DNA of 64,000 nucleotides from a bacterium (GTDB lineage Bacteria; Patescibacteriota; UBA1384; CAILIB01): NCBI GenBank assembly GCA_037131105.1, contig JBAXRQ010000001.1, positions 130,039 to 194,038 of the forward strand, read 5' to 3'. Shown piece by piece: positions 40,903 to 51,898 of this stretch (position 1 is its first letter; each line of letters starts with the position of its first letter). The notes under the pieces were generated by a model. It saw only the letters and a program-made list of their open reading frames with translations, ran no database searches and was not told where the DNA came from. The position numbers and the translations under genes were made by a program.

Positions 40903-40995
40903 CCAGGGCTTTTCCTACCAACCATTTAGTAGTCTGCAGTGGCCTTGGATCTGACTCAGATCCAAGGCCCTGTTTTTTTATCGGCACAGGTTATT

Positions 40996-41778
40996 TTATT
41001 TTGTCGCTGTATCCAGAACTAAGCCCGGGCTGATTGCGACGTGGTTTGGCGCTGCATTTCCTTTAACCGGATACCATGCCTGATTTCCCTGCGAGTCGCG
41101 GGCAGTAATGAAATAATCCAAGGTGGTCACACCGTGCAGTCCGGTGCTAGGTATATTCGCCAGATAGGTATTGGGATGCTTGGAGTCCGTTCCGTCACTT
41201 AGCTCAGCTGCCTGCCACGCGCCTGTAGGAGTGGTGCGGTAGTAGAAAGAGAGGATGGGAAAGGTAGAAGTCGCCACGTTATCAGTAGCGGTGAAAGAAA
41301 GCTTTATGGGCTCCACGGTATAGGTGCTGCCAAATCCGACAGTGATGGTCGGCGGCGTTTTGTCGGCAAGCTCTGGGTCTGACACCACCTTGTCGCCCTT
41401 GATCCAGTCAGTCAGTAAAAGATTCTGACCGGCTTGGATAGTGTGATAGCGTAGCTCACCGTCCTCATAGTAAACGTAGCCGTCATTTCCGAGAAAGCCG
41501 AGCTGGGCCGAATAGGGCTGGCGTATGTCATGAATAGTGAAAAGTCCGGAACTATCCGTCAGATACTGCGAGGTTGACCCTGGGGCAATGACGGTAAGGG
41601 TGCCAGTAAGGGGGTTGCCCTTGGTGTCAGTCACTTGCCCCATCATCTTGGTAGGGGGCAGCGTAATGACATCTATCGCCCTAGACCTGTTGTGGAGGTA
41701 GACCCCGAGTCCTCCTAAAAGGATGCCGACCAGTGCAGCCCCGACGATAAGGTTTGATCGTTTGAAAAGTCTGCTCAT
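40996..41778 (-). CDS. Membrane-anchored surface protein with a CarboxypepD_reg/Cna-B-like beta-sandwich domain.
   Basis: N-terminal TM helix, then …GQVTDTKGNPLTGTLTVIAPGSTSQYLTDSSGLFTI…. It overlaps the upstream giant gene by 4 nt. Confidence 0.5.
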   Translation of the reverse strand: MSRLFKRSNLIVGAALVGILLGGLGVYLHNRSRAIDVITLPPTKMMGQVTDTKGNPLTGTLTVIAPGSTSQYLTDSSGLFTIHDIRQPYSAQLGFLGNDGYVYYEDGELRYHTIQAGQNLLLTDWIKGDKVVSDPELADKTPPTITVGFGSTYTVEPIKLSFTATDNVATSTFPILSFYYRTTPTGAWQAAELSDGTDSKHPNTYLANIPSTGLHGVTTLDYFITARDSQGNQAWYPVKGNAAPNHVAISPGLVLDTATK

Positions 41779-44700
41779 ATACAGGTGTTCGCGGGTAATC
41801 CGGCCAGGGTCAGGCGTCTGAATACCCGATCAGCTACTCCGCGCTTCTCCTCAAGAATAGCTTTCCCGTCTGCCTGGGAAGCGGGAAGCAGGTTCATCTT
41901 GGTAACGAAATCATGGCAGTAGCGGTCAGGGCGCTGGTTGTCGGCAAAGATGGTTGTGGCGAAGTCCTCTTCCTCGTTTTCCTCAGGGTGTCCGGCCCCA
42001 TTGTCATGCGAATAGGTAGAATCCATTTCTAGTGTGAAGATGTCGTTAGCATAGGAAAGAGCGCGGGTACGGCTATAGAGGCTTGGCCATGCGCTGACAT
42101 AGCTAGCAAGGTCGGGGCGCTCCCAGCCGCTTGAGACCAGGTATTCCAACTCGTGTCCTGACTCGTGGCGGACAGTGTTGCGGCCGGCAGATACTTCCTG
42201 GGTGACGCCCCCTTGCATTAGGGCGGCGTTCAGTAAGCCGCTCAGTATGGTTATCTCGTATGAATAATCTTGGCTGCCACCGGCTCTGTAGTAAGCATTG
42301 TTTACTATAGAAGACGAGATGAGTATCTTTTCAGTCAATTTCCTGTGACTTGGATTAGAGCTGCCGTCAACTCGGGTAGAGTCTCTTAAGAGGTCCATCT
42401 CATCTGCCATTCCCTGCCACACGGGGGTGTTGGCGGAATCGTCCGCCAGCGCGCCTGCAAGTGCTCCTTCAAAGCACAAGTCGACACTGCCTACGGCCTT
42501 TTCTCTCGTGCAGACCATGTCGATGCCGATACCCAAAAAGTAATAGTTGGTGCCGGGATTGATGACTGTCTTGGCGTGGCCGCTGCTAGTCCCAAAAATA
42601 TCGGTGATAGTAGTGGGCTGGAATTCACCGTGAAGAGGGGCCACAACTATGTCCCATACGGCGGCTGGGTCTAGCCAGAATTGTGCCGGAAAGGTGAACA
42701 TTGACGTGTTCTCTATCACGGTGTGAAAAGTTTGGGGAGACTGTCCGCCGGCTAGCCGCTTGATGGCGGTGACATCGGCAGGAATAAGGGGCAAGGCAAA
42801 GGCGGGACCGTCAACCACGATATGGGTCTGCTTCCCTTGCGGGACAACTATATGAAAGGGAGGGAAGACGTAGCTGGCAGTGGTAATGGCGTAGGTTCCA
42901 AAAGTAAATTCGCCAAAATCGGTTCTTACCGTGGCAGCGTAGCTGTCATTAAGTATGAGCCGGCTATCAAAGGTTCCATTGTAGGCGGTAGTGGTTATTT
43001 TCTCGCTCGTTCTTTGGTCGGTCAGGTCGACAGTAATGTATCCGAACTGGTTTTCTAGTAATATGTTTCCACTCATATCAGTAACTTTTCCGGTTGCCAG
43101 GGATCCTGGTATTACGGTGAAATTTTTGTTTATGAGGTTGGCATTGGAAACGGTGGCATCAATATTCCGGGGATTGTAATAGTTTGTGCTGGAAAAGAGC
43201 AGGGGCTCAACAACGTAGGCAGCGGGCGGTAAGCGGGGCGTAGTGTAGACCCCATTTGTATTCGTTTGAAAAAGGGAAGAGTTGTGTACGTATACAGACT
43301 CGTTCTGCGCAGCGATTCCAGCGGCAGAGGCAATACGTCCAGATATGGTGTATCCCTGGACAGTAAAGTTCTGGCCTCCCAAGTTGGCCCCGCTGAGGGT
43401 AATGGCTGCGCTTGCTGGTGAGACAGTAAGCTGTCCTACGTTGACTACGGTGACCGTGGTTACGGCTAGGGTATAACTACCATCCCTTACGTTTGGGATG
43501 GTGTAGTCTCCAGCTGCATTGGGATGTACCGAGGCGACCCCACCAGTGATGGTCACGGTGTCGGTGGGATCGCTGTTTGCTATGTGGCCGGAAATGGAGT
43601 GAACGGTGGAGGGGAGTGTGCCGGTAAAGTTAATGCCAGTCACATTGCGGGTTGTTACTAGTGTGATGGCGCTCGAGATCGGTGAGAAAGTAATTCCCGT
43701 TTTGGAGGGGGTCAGGACGTAGTTGTGGTTTGGGGTGAGCCCGATGGTCGTGTAGTTTCCTGCCGCATCCGTCGTGGCGGCTGGAGTGGGATTTTGGCTG
43801 ATATCCGAGATGTAAGTGAGGGTCACTCCGGCTACGGCGCTTCCGGTAGAGGTTTGAATATGCCCGGAAATCGTATAGGTCACCGGATTGGGAGTACAGG
43901 TGCCGTTGGCAAAGGTCTCAAGCGAGGATATCTGGTCGTTCATGTTCAGTCCGGTATCGAACTGGTCACTGGTTCCTGCGGTCGAGAGGTCCCAGTGGGT
44001 ACCTCCATTGCTCTGGCTGAGGCATTTCTTGCCTCTGGGCTGATTCAGATTTCGGTCAGCGTTTTCGTAGACCATGATCGATACTGCCGTAGTGCCAGGT
44101 ACGAATAGGGAGGAGGCGATGTCGTTGAAGCCTTGGTCGGGAAGGTAGCGGAGGTAGGTTCCCACCGGCACGCTGAGCTGGGTGCCTTGACAGTTCCGAT
44201 CAGAGAAAAGGATGAAAGCTCCTCCTGTCGCGCGGGAGCAGTCGGCTACCGGGGCTGGTACGGCCGGCAATGAGCCTAGGAAGTTCAGCCCGGTGACATT
44301 GGCGCCAATGACCGCGATATTGCTATAGCGCAAGGGGCCGAAGGTGTAGCCGACGGCCGACGGCGTGACAGTATAGGTGATGCCGTCCGGTAGGTCGGAA
44401 AAGGTGTAGACGCCTGACGCATTGGTGGTTACGGGACTGGTCACGGAGGAGGGCGCCCCACTCAGTACCACCGAGATTCCTGAAAGCGGCCCGGTTACGC
44501 TTCCTCCCGCCGTGTTTGAAATGGTGCCGGAAATGGTATGGGGGGAGTAGAGCTTAATGTTGACGTATTTGTCGCAGACCGAAGAGGCAGTGGCCGCTCC
44601 TCCGACGGGGACTATGCAGACCCAGACCTGGTACTCACCTGCGGCGAGGGCGCTGCCGTTTACTGAGGCGGTATTTAGGGAGCTGGTCAGGGTGGCGGCG

Positions 44701-45137
44701 GGGGTGTTAGCCGCAAGAACCTGGGTTATCCGGCTGGTAAGGATACCTGTTGTGTCTGCGGCCCCTGCCTTCTTATAATAAATGGCCAGGTCGTTCTTGG
44801 AGTAGCCGGCGCCATTCCCCTGGTTTCCCTGGCCGGTCAGACTGAGGGTTATCGTTGTCCCGAGTTTGTAGGAGACTGCAGGTGAATTCTGGACCTTTGC
44901 CGGTAGGTTGATATTAAGGAATGAGCCTTGTACGGATGACCCGGAGTCAGCCTTCGCGACCAACGGGGTGAGGGCGGCTGAGAGGCTGCTTTTCCAGATT
45001 GACCGTAGCTGGGTGGGAATGGGTGCGGCTACGCTGAAAACAGCTCCCACAAAAAATGCTGCGAGAATGCCGGCGGTAAAGGAGTGGCGTGGATGTCTGC
45101 TCATACCTCTAGTGTAGCACAGCGGCAGGGAAAACAT
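41775..45137 (-). CDS. Giant secreted protein: signal peptide, multiple Cna-B/CarboxypepD_reg-like beta-sandwich repeats, and a C-terminal HExxH zinc-metallopeptidase-like domain.
   Basis: N-terminal hydrophobic signal. Repeated blocks such as ISGTISNTAGGSVTG…GVYTFSDLPDGITYTVTPSAVGYTF. The C-terminal region carries VRHESGHELEY (HExxH). Confidence 0.6.
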   Translation of the reverse strand: MFSLPLCYTRGMSRHPRHSFTAGILAAFFVGAVFSVAAPIPTQLRSIWKSSLSAALTPLVAKADSGSSVQGSFLNINLPAKVQNSPAVSYKLGTTITLSLTGQGNQGNGAGYSKNDLAIYYKKAGAADTTGILTSRITQVLAANTPAATLTSSLNTASVNGSALAAGEYQVWVCIVPVGGAATASSVCDKYVNIKLYSPHTISGTISNTAGGSVTGPLSGISVVLSGAPSSVTSPVTTNASGVYTFSDLPDGITYTVTPSAVGYTFGPLRYSNIAVIGANVTGLNFLGSLPAVPAPVADCSRATGGAFILFSDRNCQGTQLSVPVGTYLRYLPDQGFNDIASSLFVPGTTAVSIMVYENADRNLNQPRGKKCLSQSNGGTHWDLSTAGTSDQFDTGLNMNDQISSLETFANGTCTPNPVTYTISGHIQTSTGSAVAGVTLTYISDISQNPTPAATTDAAGNYTTIGLTPNHNYVLTPSKTGITFSPISSAITLVTTRNVTGINFTGTLPSTVHSISGHIANSDPTDTVTITGGVASVHPNAAGDYTIPNVRDGSYTLAVTTVTVVNVGQLTVSPASAAITLSGANLGGQNFTVQGYTISGRIASAAGIAAQNESVYVHNSSLFQTNTNGVYTTPRLPPAAYVVEPLLFSSTNYYNPRNIDATVSNANLINKNFTVIPGSLATGKVTDMSGNILLENQFGYITVDLTDQRTSEKITTTAYNGTFDSRLILNDSYAATVRTDFGEFTFGTYAITTASYVFPPFHIVVPQGKQTHIVVDGPAFALPLIPADVTAIKRLAGGQSPQTFHTVIENTSMFTFPAQFWLDPAAVWDIVVAPLHGEFQPTTITDIFGTSSGHAKTVINPGTNYYFLGIGIDMVCTREKAVGSVDLCFEGALAGALADDSANTPVWQGMADEMDLLRDSTRVDGSSNPSHRKLTEKILISSSIVNNAYYRAGGSQDYSYEITILSGLLNAALMQGGVTQEVSAGRNTVRHESGHELEYLVSSGWERPDLASYVSAWPSLYSRTRALSYANDIFTLEMDSTYSHDNGAGHPEENEEEDFATTIFADNQRPDRYCHDFVTKMNLLPASQADGKAILEEKRGVADRVFRRLTLAGLPANTCI

Positions 45138-45200
45138 AGGTGGAAAATCTCTTTATCGGAATCGGGCTGAGGCTCCCTTGAGTCGATCAGTAGGCTTGAA

Positions 45201-45284
45201 AAGTAGTTGCACCCCTAATCTACGCCTTGAGACGTACTCCGGAGGAGTACATAAAACTTCCCTGATTTGAACAGCGTTGATTGG
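45201..45284. repeat. Right copy of the roughly 83-nt direct repeat. It is followed by a roughly 220-nt cluster of related hairpins and inverted repeats.
   Basis: See 40299..40381. Downstream, 45332..45361 is ccttgagacatatccc-gaa-ggggtatgtcta, 45426..45452 is a second gccttgagacgtactccggaggagtac, and 45408..45432 against 45480..45504 form a 25-nt perfect inverted repeat. Confidence 0.8.
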
Positions 45285-45504
45285 AGCTGATACTGGTAGG
45301 CTGTTGCCTCTCCAATTCAGACCTTTTCAGACCTTGAGACATATCCCGAAGGGGTATGTCTATATAGTTTTCCATGAGTCGATCAGTCGCTTCTGCGACT
45401 GGTAAGCGTTGGCATTGCCAAAGCCTGCCTTGAGACGTACTCCGGAGGAGTACTGCTAGATAGGTTCCCTTGAGTCGATCAGCAGGCTTTGGCAATGCCA
45501 ACGC

Positions 45505-46458
45505 TTACTTCCCCCAATCCACCCCAACCGGCTTCCCATCATTAATATACGAGTACGCGGTAAGCGCTGCCTTGGCACCTTCACTGGCTGAGATCACCGC
45601 CTGCTTGAACTGCGTGTCAGTGATGTCTCCGGCGGCGAAGACTCCTGGATTTGAGGTCTCCTGGTTGTTGTTGGCGATGACCTGGTTCAGTCTGTCCAGC
45701 TCCACAAGGTCCTTGACCAGGGCACTGTTTACGATGAAGCCGATCTCTACGAAAATGCCGGCAAGCTCCAGCACACGGGACTCTTCGTTGATAATGTTCT
45801 TTACCTTGAGGCCGGTCACCACCTGGCCGTCACCCTGAACTTCTTCGGAAACAGAGGAAAGCACCTTCTCGATATTTGGCGTGGAATTGATCTGCTCAAG
45901 CAGCACGTCCTCACCGCGGAACTCATTGCGGCGGTGAACCAGGTAAACCTTCTCGCAGACTTTGGCCAGGATAAGGGCACCTTCCATGGCGGAGCTACCA
46001 CCGCCGACGACGGCTACGGTTCGGTTCTTGAAAAGGGGAGCGTCGCAGGTAACGCAGTAGGAGACGCCACGGCCAGCGTACTGGGTCTCGCCGGGGACAT
46101 CCAGGTTCCGCGGGGTCTTGCCGTAGGCCAGCAATATGGACTTGGCCCGGTATTCGTTCTGCATGGCGGTGACCACGAAGTCCTTCTCGCCCTTTTTCTC
46201 CAGCTTGGTCACCTCGTCATAGACCAGCTCAGCACCCCACTTTACTGCCTGTTCCATCATGCTTGATGCCAGGTCAGGGCCGGTAATGAAGTCGATGCCG
46301 GGGTAGTTCTCCACGCTGGGGGTAGTGGCAATCTGACCACCGATGTCCTTGGTGATGATAAGGGTCTTCATGGCCCGACGTCCCGCGTAGGTGCCAGCCG
46401 CTAAGCCAGCGCAGGCGCCGCCGATGATGATGAGGTCGTAGTATTCGTTGGATTCCAT
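45505..46458 (-). CDS. trxB: Thioredoxin-disulfide reductase.
   Basis: FAD motif IIIGGACAGLAAG. Redox CxxC motif CVTCDA. A second NAD(P)H GxGxxA motif, VVGGGSSAMEGA. Confidence 0.85.
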   Translation of the reverse strand: MESNEYYDLIIIGGACAGLAAGTYAGRRAMKTLIITKDIGGQIATTPSVENYPGIDFITGPDLASSMMEQAVKWGAELVYDEVTKLEKKGEKDFVVTAMQNEYRAKSILLAYGKTPRNLDVPGETQYAGRGVSYCVTCDAPLFKNRTVAVVGGGSSAMEGALILAKVCEKVYLVHRRNEFRGEDVLLEQINSTPNIEKVLSSVSEEVQGDGQVVTGLKVKNIINEESRVLELAGIFVEIGFIVNSALVKDLVELDRLNQVIANNNQETSNPGVFAAGDITDTQFKQAVISASEGAKAALTAYSYINDGKPVGVDWGK

Positions 46459-46619
46459 TCCCGAGTATTATTGATCGATTTCCAGTATATCCTATTGTAC
46501 TACTGGCTTAGCAACTACTATGTTCTTAGTTAGCCCCTTAGCGACGGGCTTTCTCATTCGTAGCCTCCGCAGGCGTTACTAATGCAGCCGAGGACAGATA
46601 CGAATGAGAAAGCCGGTTG

Positions 46620-47165
46620 CTAAGACTGTTGCAGCATCCATTTCAATTGAGCGTCTACTGTCGTCAGCTCGGCAGGCATCTTGGCGATTAATGGGCGCAC
46701 CTCATGAGGCTTGTAGCCCAGTCCGGTAAGTGCCGCCATTAGCTCACCTCCTTCATTGTCGTCTCCTAGCAGCTCATCCATATTGTCCATCTTCCCGTGC
46801 AGCTCCAGGATGATCTTCTGTGCGGCTTTCTGACCAATGCCGGGGGCGCTGGTTAGGAAGGTGACGTCCTTGTTAAGAATGGCCTGACCGAGGCGGTCGG
46901 CGCTTCCTAAAGAAAGCAGGGCAAGGGCTGCCTTAGGGCCGATGCCGGAAATCCCGATCAGACGCTCAAAGAATGCCAGCTCCTGCAGGCGTTCGAAGCC
47001 GTAGAGGTCTGAAGCGTCCTCCCGTACCACGTGGTGCAGGTAACAGGTGACTTCGCCGGTGGGGTGCCAAGTGCCGGTGTGCACCCAGTAGCCAATGCCA
47101 GAAACCTCAACCAAGATTCGTTGGTCAAGTCGGCCGGTTACAGTGCCGTGCAAGGATCCGTACAT
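46620..47165 (-). CDS. ruvA: Holliday junction branch-migration protein RuvA.
   Basis: OB-fold N-terminus (…GYWVHT…). HhH motifs IGISGIGPKAALALL. C-terminal domain III. Confidence 0.8.
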   Translation of the reverse strand: MYGSLHGTVTGRLDQRILVEVSGIGYWVHTGTWHPTGEVTCYLHHVVREDASDLYGFERLQELAFFERLIGISGIGPKAALALLSLGSADRLGQAILNKDVTFLTSAPGIGQKAAQKIILELHGKMDNMDELLGDDNEGGELMAALTGLGYKPHEVRPLIAKMPAELTTVDAQLKWMLQQS

Positions 47166-47743
47166 ATTAGGCGCTATACGCTACTTCTTCCAATAAGTTT
47201 CTCAGCACGGAAATCGGTATTCCTACTGCCGCTTCTACGTTACCCTCAAGAGGGTGTAAGTAAGGGGCAAGGCGGATATCCTGGACTCCGAAACCTCCGG
47301 CTCGTATCTGGTTCTTTGGCTCGGTAATCAGGGTCTCTACGAGGTCGCTCGGAAGCGGATCAAGTCGGAAACTGACCGTGTCGGTTCCTGATGCCCGCCT
47401 CTGACTGTTTAAATTTATAACCGCCACACTGGTGGTTATCGTGAACGGAACGGAGTGAACTGTCTGCAGCATCTCACGATGTTCCTTCTCATCAGCTGGC
47501 TTTTCCCAGATCTCTCCGTTAAAGAATACTACCGTATCAGCGCAGACAAGGGTGGCAGGCTCGGTTACTCTTTCGATGAGAGCATCTAGCTTGGCATTTG
47601 CTAACAGATGGGTCAGGTTCTCGGGATGCTCATGTCGAATGGCCTTCTCGTCAATGTCGGCCGAAAGTACCGTAAACTGATACCCGGCTTCCCGCAATGC
47701 CTTTTGACGGGCTGGTGAGGATGAGCCGAGTATCAGCATGGTC

Positions 47744-48949
<1,206 letters not shown>

Positions 48950-49158
48950 GAACGGCTTTCGGACTGGGAGTAATGTGAGAGCGATGGTTCCACGGGTCCC
49001 TGTGTCAGCAAGCCGAGGCCGCCAGGACTACAGAAAGGACCATGGGCTATACAATATATGCCCGTGGAAGCTTACTATATCATAATCTGCTGCAAAGGGG
49101 AAAGACATGGGATCTGTTGAGAGATTGACACAGAGTAGATAGGGTTCTTAGTATTAGG

Positions 49159-50091
49159 GTGCCTACAATTAACGATGGCTTCATGGAAGAACAACAAAAG
49201 AAAGAGCCCGTAGCTCAGCCGGCATCTCCTGGCAAGCGCTGGCTGAACTTCTATCTCCTTGCCGCCGTAGTGGTCTTAGCGGCTGTCTTCTTTGCTTTTT
49301 ACCAGAATAGGAGCGGCGCTAGTTTCCTAGGTGGTGGCGGTGGACTGGTCTTTGGCACGCCAACTCCGACCCCTTCGCCAACCCACACGATTGCGCCGAC
49401 GGCCACTCCTATTGCTACGGCCACTCCCACTTCAAGCCCTACGCTGCCTACTATTCTGACCACTATAACCTGTAGTGGTAAGATCAGCTGTCTCACCCTG
49501 ACAGGAGCTACTACCGGCCCGACGGTATATCCTACTGTTACCACAGTGGCCTGCGGTCCTTTCGTGAAGTGCATCTATCCCACCGTTACTCCGACGCCGA
49601 CACCTACTCCTGCTGGCACTCCCGGTCCGATAACCATATCGTGCGGTCCTAAGGTGGCCTGTATTACCCTTACCGGAGCAGTGGGCCCGTCCATTGTGCC
49701 TACTGCTGATACGGTGATCTGCGGACCACGCATACAGTGTGTGACTCCTACCGCAGCTATTACTTCTGCTACGACCGTGAGTCCTGTAAGCATTGTCTGC
49801 GACAGATTCATAACCTGTATTACGCCAGGGACTGGGGGAACTGTGGTGATATCGCCTACCACCGTACTCTGCGGACTGTTTGTTGCCTGCACCTTCCCAA
49901 CGGTTGCTCCTACGCCTACTCCGGTGGTAACTCCGACGCCAGGTACGACCATTCTGTGTGATATCCGAATACTGTGCGTGACACCTACGATTACCACTGG
50001 TACGCCTACGGTACTTGGTCCTAACACGATCTTCTGCGGTGCCTTGGTACCTTGCGTAAATGCTACACCGACCCCTACCCCAAAGTCTTAG
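49159..50091 (+). CDS. Membrane-anchored Thr/Pro-rich protein with eight copies of a novel Cys-x5-Cys repeat.
   Basis: N-terminal TM helix (LLAAVVVLAAVFFAF). Repeats: ITCSGKISCLT, VACGPFVKCIY, ISCGPKVACIT, VICGPRIQCVT, IVCDRFITCIT, VLCGLFVACTF, ILCDIRILCVT, IFCGALVPCVN. They are separated by TPTPTP-type linkers. Confidence 0.55.
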   Translation: MPTINDGFMEEQQKKEPVAQPASPGKRWLNFYLLAAVVVLAAVFFAFYQNRSGASFLGGGGGLVFGTPTPTPSPTHTIAPTATPIATATPTSSPTLPTILTTITCSGKISCLTLTGATTGPTVYPTVTTVACGPFVKCIYPTVTPTPTPTPAGTPGPITISCGPKVACITLTGAVGPSIVPTADTVICGPRIQCVTPTAAITSATTVSPVSIVCDRFITCITPGTGGTVVISPTTVLCGLFVACTFPTVAPTPTPVVTPTPGTTILCDIRILCVTPTITTGTPTVLGPNTIFCGALVPCVNATPTPTPKS

Positions 50092-50100
50092 GGGTCGGCC

Positions 50101-51843
50101 CTAGATCATCTCTTTAAGGCGAGCAAAAAGCTCCTGCACCTTTTGGCTGTCTCCTTGCTGTTGGGCGAGGCTAATCTGCTGCGCCAGGCTGGCCTTAGTG
50201 TCCTCCTTGGCGTCGGAACGCAGGCGCTGGGCCAGCAGGAGAAACTCCTCCATGGCCCAGAGGTCGTTGGTCTCGGTCTCGTCGTATTTCTGCAGGATCC
50301 CCTGGATATACAGGGATGTTTCCTTTACTTTCTGTTCGCCCAGCCGTTCCTTTAGGGTGGCGGCTAGGTCGCTCTCGGCCTCGCGAAGTACTGGGAAGAT
50401 CTCATCCAGAAAAGGCGTGGCCTCGGTGACAGGTAATGAAAGCACCTGCTCTCGGACCGTGGGGAAGATGCTGGGAAAGGCCAATACCAGGGCTATGGCA
50501 AGTTCAGTGAGGTTCACCTTGTGATCTTCTGGCTTAGGAGTCGTAGTAGCAATAGCTACTCCTGGCTTGCCTCCTATCCTCGATAGGGCGGTTCTCAGGT
50601 TCTTTTCATCAGTCTCCAGCCGTACTGCCAGCCAGCGCAGCCATTCGGCCTGCTCGACTTCGTTCTTAATGCGAGAAAGCCAGGGGAGGATCTCCTGGAC
50701 GATCTCCTTCTTGGAAATAGGAGTGAGCTCAGGGTGTTCGCGCATGGCCTGGGCGATCAACCATTCCATGCCGTGCTGGCGCCCTTCATAGGCTTCCTGC
50801 CATCCGTCAGGATCATTCAGCAGGCAGTCGGCCGGGTCCTTGCCGTTCGGCAGGGGAATGACAAAGGGATTAAGCTCGGCGGCCATGACCAGCTCTAGTC
50901 CGCGTTTGGTAGCCTGGATACCTGCCTTGTCCCCGTCGTAGGCGAAGGCGATATTGGTGGTGAAACGGCCTAGTAGCTGTATCTGCTCAGTGGTAAGGGC
51001 GGTACCTGAGGAGGCGACGGTGTGGGTGAAGCCGTATTGGTGGAGCATGAGCACGTCCATCTGACCTTCTGCGAGAATGGCCAGGTCCTCATCCTGGATG
51101 GCCCGCTTGGCCAGATGAAGAGCATACAAGGCCCTACTTTTTATGAAGACCGGGGTTTCGGGAGTGTTCCAATACTTGGGTCCGCGGTTCACCCGGGGGT
51201 CATCAGTCATCTCCAGAAGGCGCCCGGTAAAGCCTACTACCTTGCCGGTGATATCACAGATGGGGAAGGTGACCCGGTCTTGGAACTTGCCGGGGTCGCC
51301 AGCCAAGGAGATCTCGGCCGGCTTGAATCCTTGCTTCTGGAGGGCGGCTGAGGTAGTGGTGCCTAGGGGTGCGTAACCGAGCTCGAAGTCGGCGATGGTC
51401 TTGTCGGTGAGGCCGCGGCCTTTTAGGTAGCCTAAGGCCTGCTCCCCGCGGGGGTGCTTAATAAGTATGGTATGCCAGAGCTTGGCGGCATAGGCGTTCA
51501 GCTCGTAGAGGCGGGGTTTTGAAGCGGCAGAAGTACCGGCAGCCTTGGCGGCTTCTGCGTGGCGGGGCTCCAATTGTACTCCGGTCCTCTCAGCCAATAG
51601 CTGCAGGGTCTCGGGGAAGGTAAGTCCTTCCAATTTCATGACGAAGTCGAAGATGTCGCCGCCTTCGCCGCAGCCGAAGCACTTGTAGATGCCCCGGTCC
51701 GGACTGACGGTAAAGGACGGCGTTTTTTCATTATGAAAAGGACAGCAGGCCTTGTAGATCCGGCCAGCTTTCTTCAGGGGAACGTAGCTACCTACTAACT
51801 GCTCAATAGGTAGTCTCGCTTTGATTTCGTCAGTCTCAGACAT
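50101..51843 (-). CDS. dnaG: DNA primase.
   Basis: Zinc ribbon CCPFHNEKTPSF…CFGCG. A TOPRIM domain follows. Confidence 0.9.
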   Translation of the reverse strand: MSETDEIKARLPIEQLVGSYVPLKKAGRIYKACCPFHNEKTPSFTVSPDRGIYKCFGCGEGGDIFDFVMKLEGLTFPETLQLLAERTGVQLEPRHAEAAKAAGTSAASKPRLYELNAYAAKLWHTILIKHPRGEQALGYLKGRGLTDKTIADFELGYAPLGTTTSAALQKQGFKPAEISLAGDPGKFQDRVTFPICDITGKVVGFTGRLLEMTDDPRVNRGPKYWNTPETPVFIKSRALYALHLAKRAIQDEDLAILAEGQMDVLMLHQYGFTHTVASSGTALTTEQIQLLGRFTTNIAFAYDGDKAGIQATKRGLELVMAAELNPFVIPLPNGKDPADCLLNDPDGWQEAYEGRQHGMEWLIAQAMREHPELTPISKKEIVQEILPWLSRIKNEVEQAEWLRWLAVRLETDEKNLRTALSRIGGKPGVAIATTTPKPEDHKVNLTELAIALVLAFPSIFPTVREQVLSLPVTEATPFLDEIFPVLREAESDLAATLKERLGEQKVKETSLYIQGILQKYDETETNDLWAMEEFLLLAQRLRSDAKEDTKASLAQQISLAQQQGDSQKVQELFARLKEMI

Positions 51844-51898
51844 AGATTCACACTAGCAGATTTTGGCCTTGCGGACAGTGTTGCTACAATGACCCAGT

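Noticed and set aside
45220-45838. ORFs 45220..45501(-) and 45470..45838(+).
   Set aside because: The first lies in the hairpin and inverted-repeat cluster. The second is antisense to trxB. Neither has coding support.
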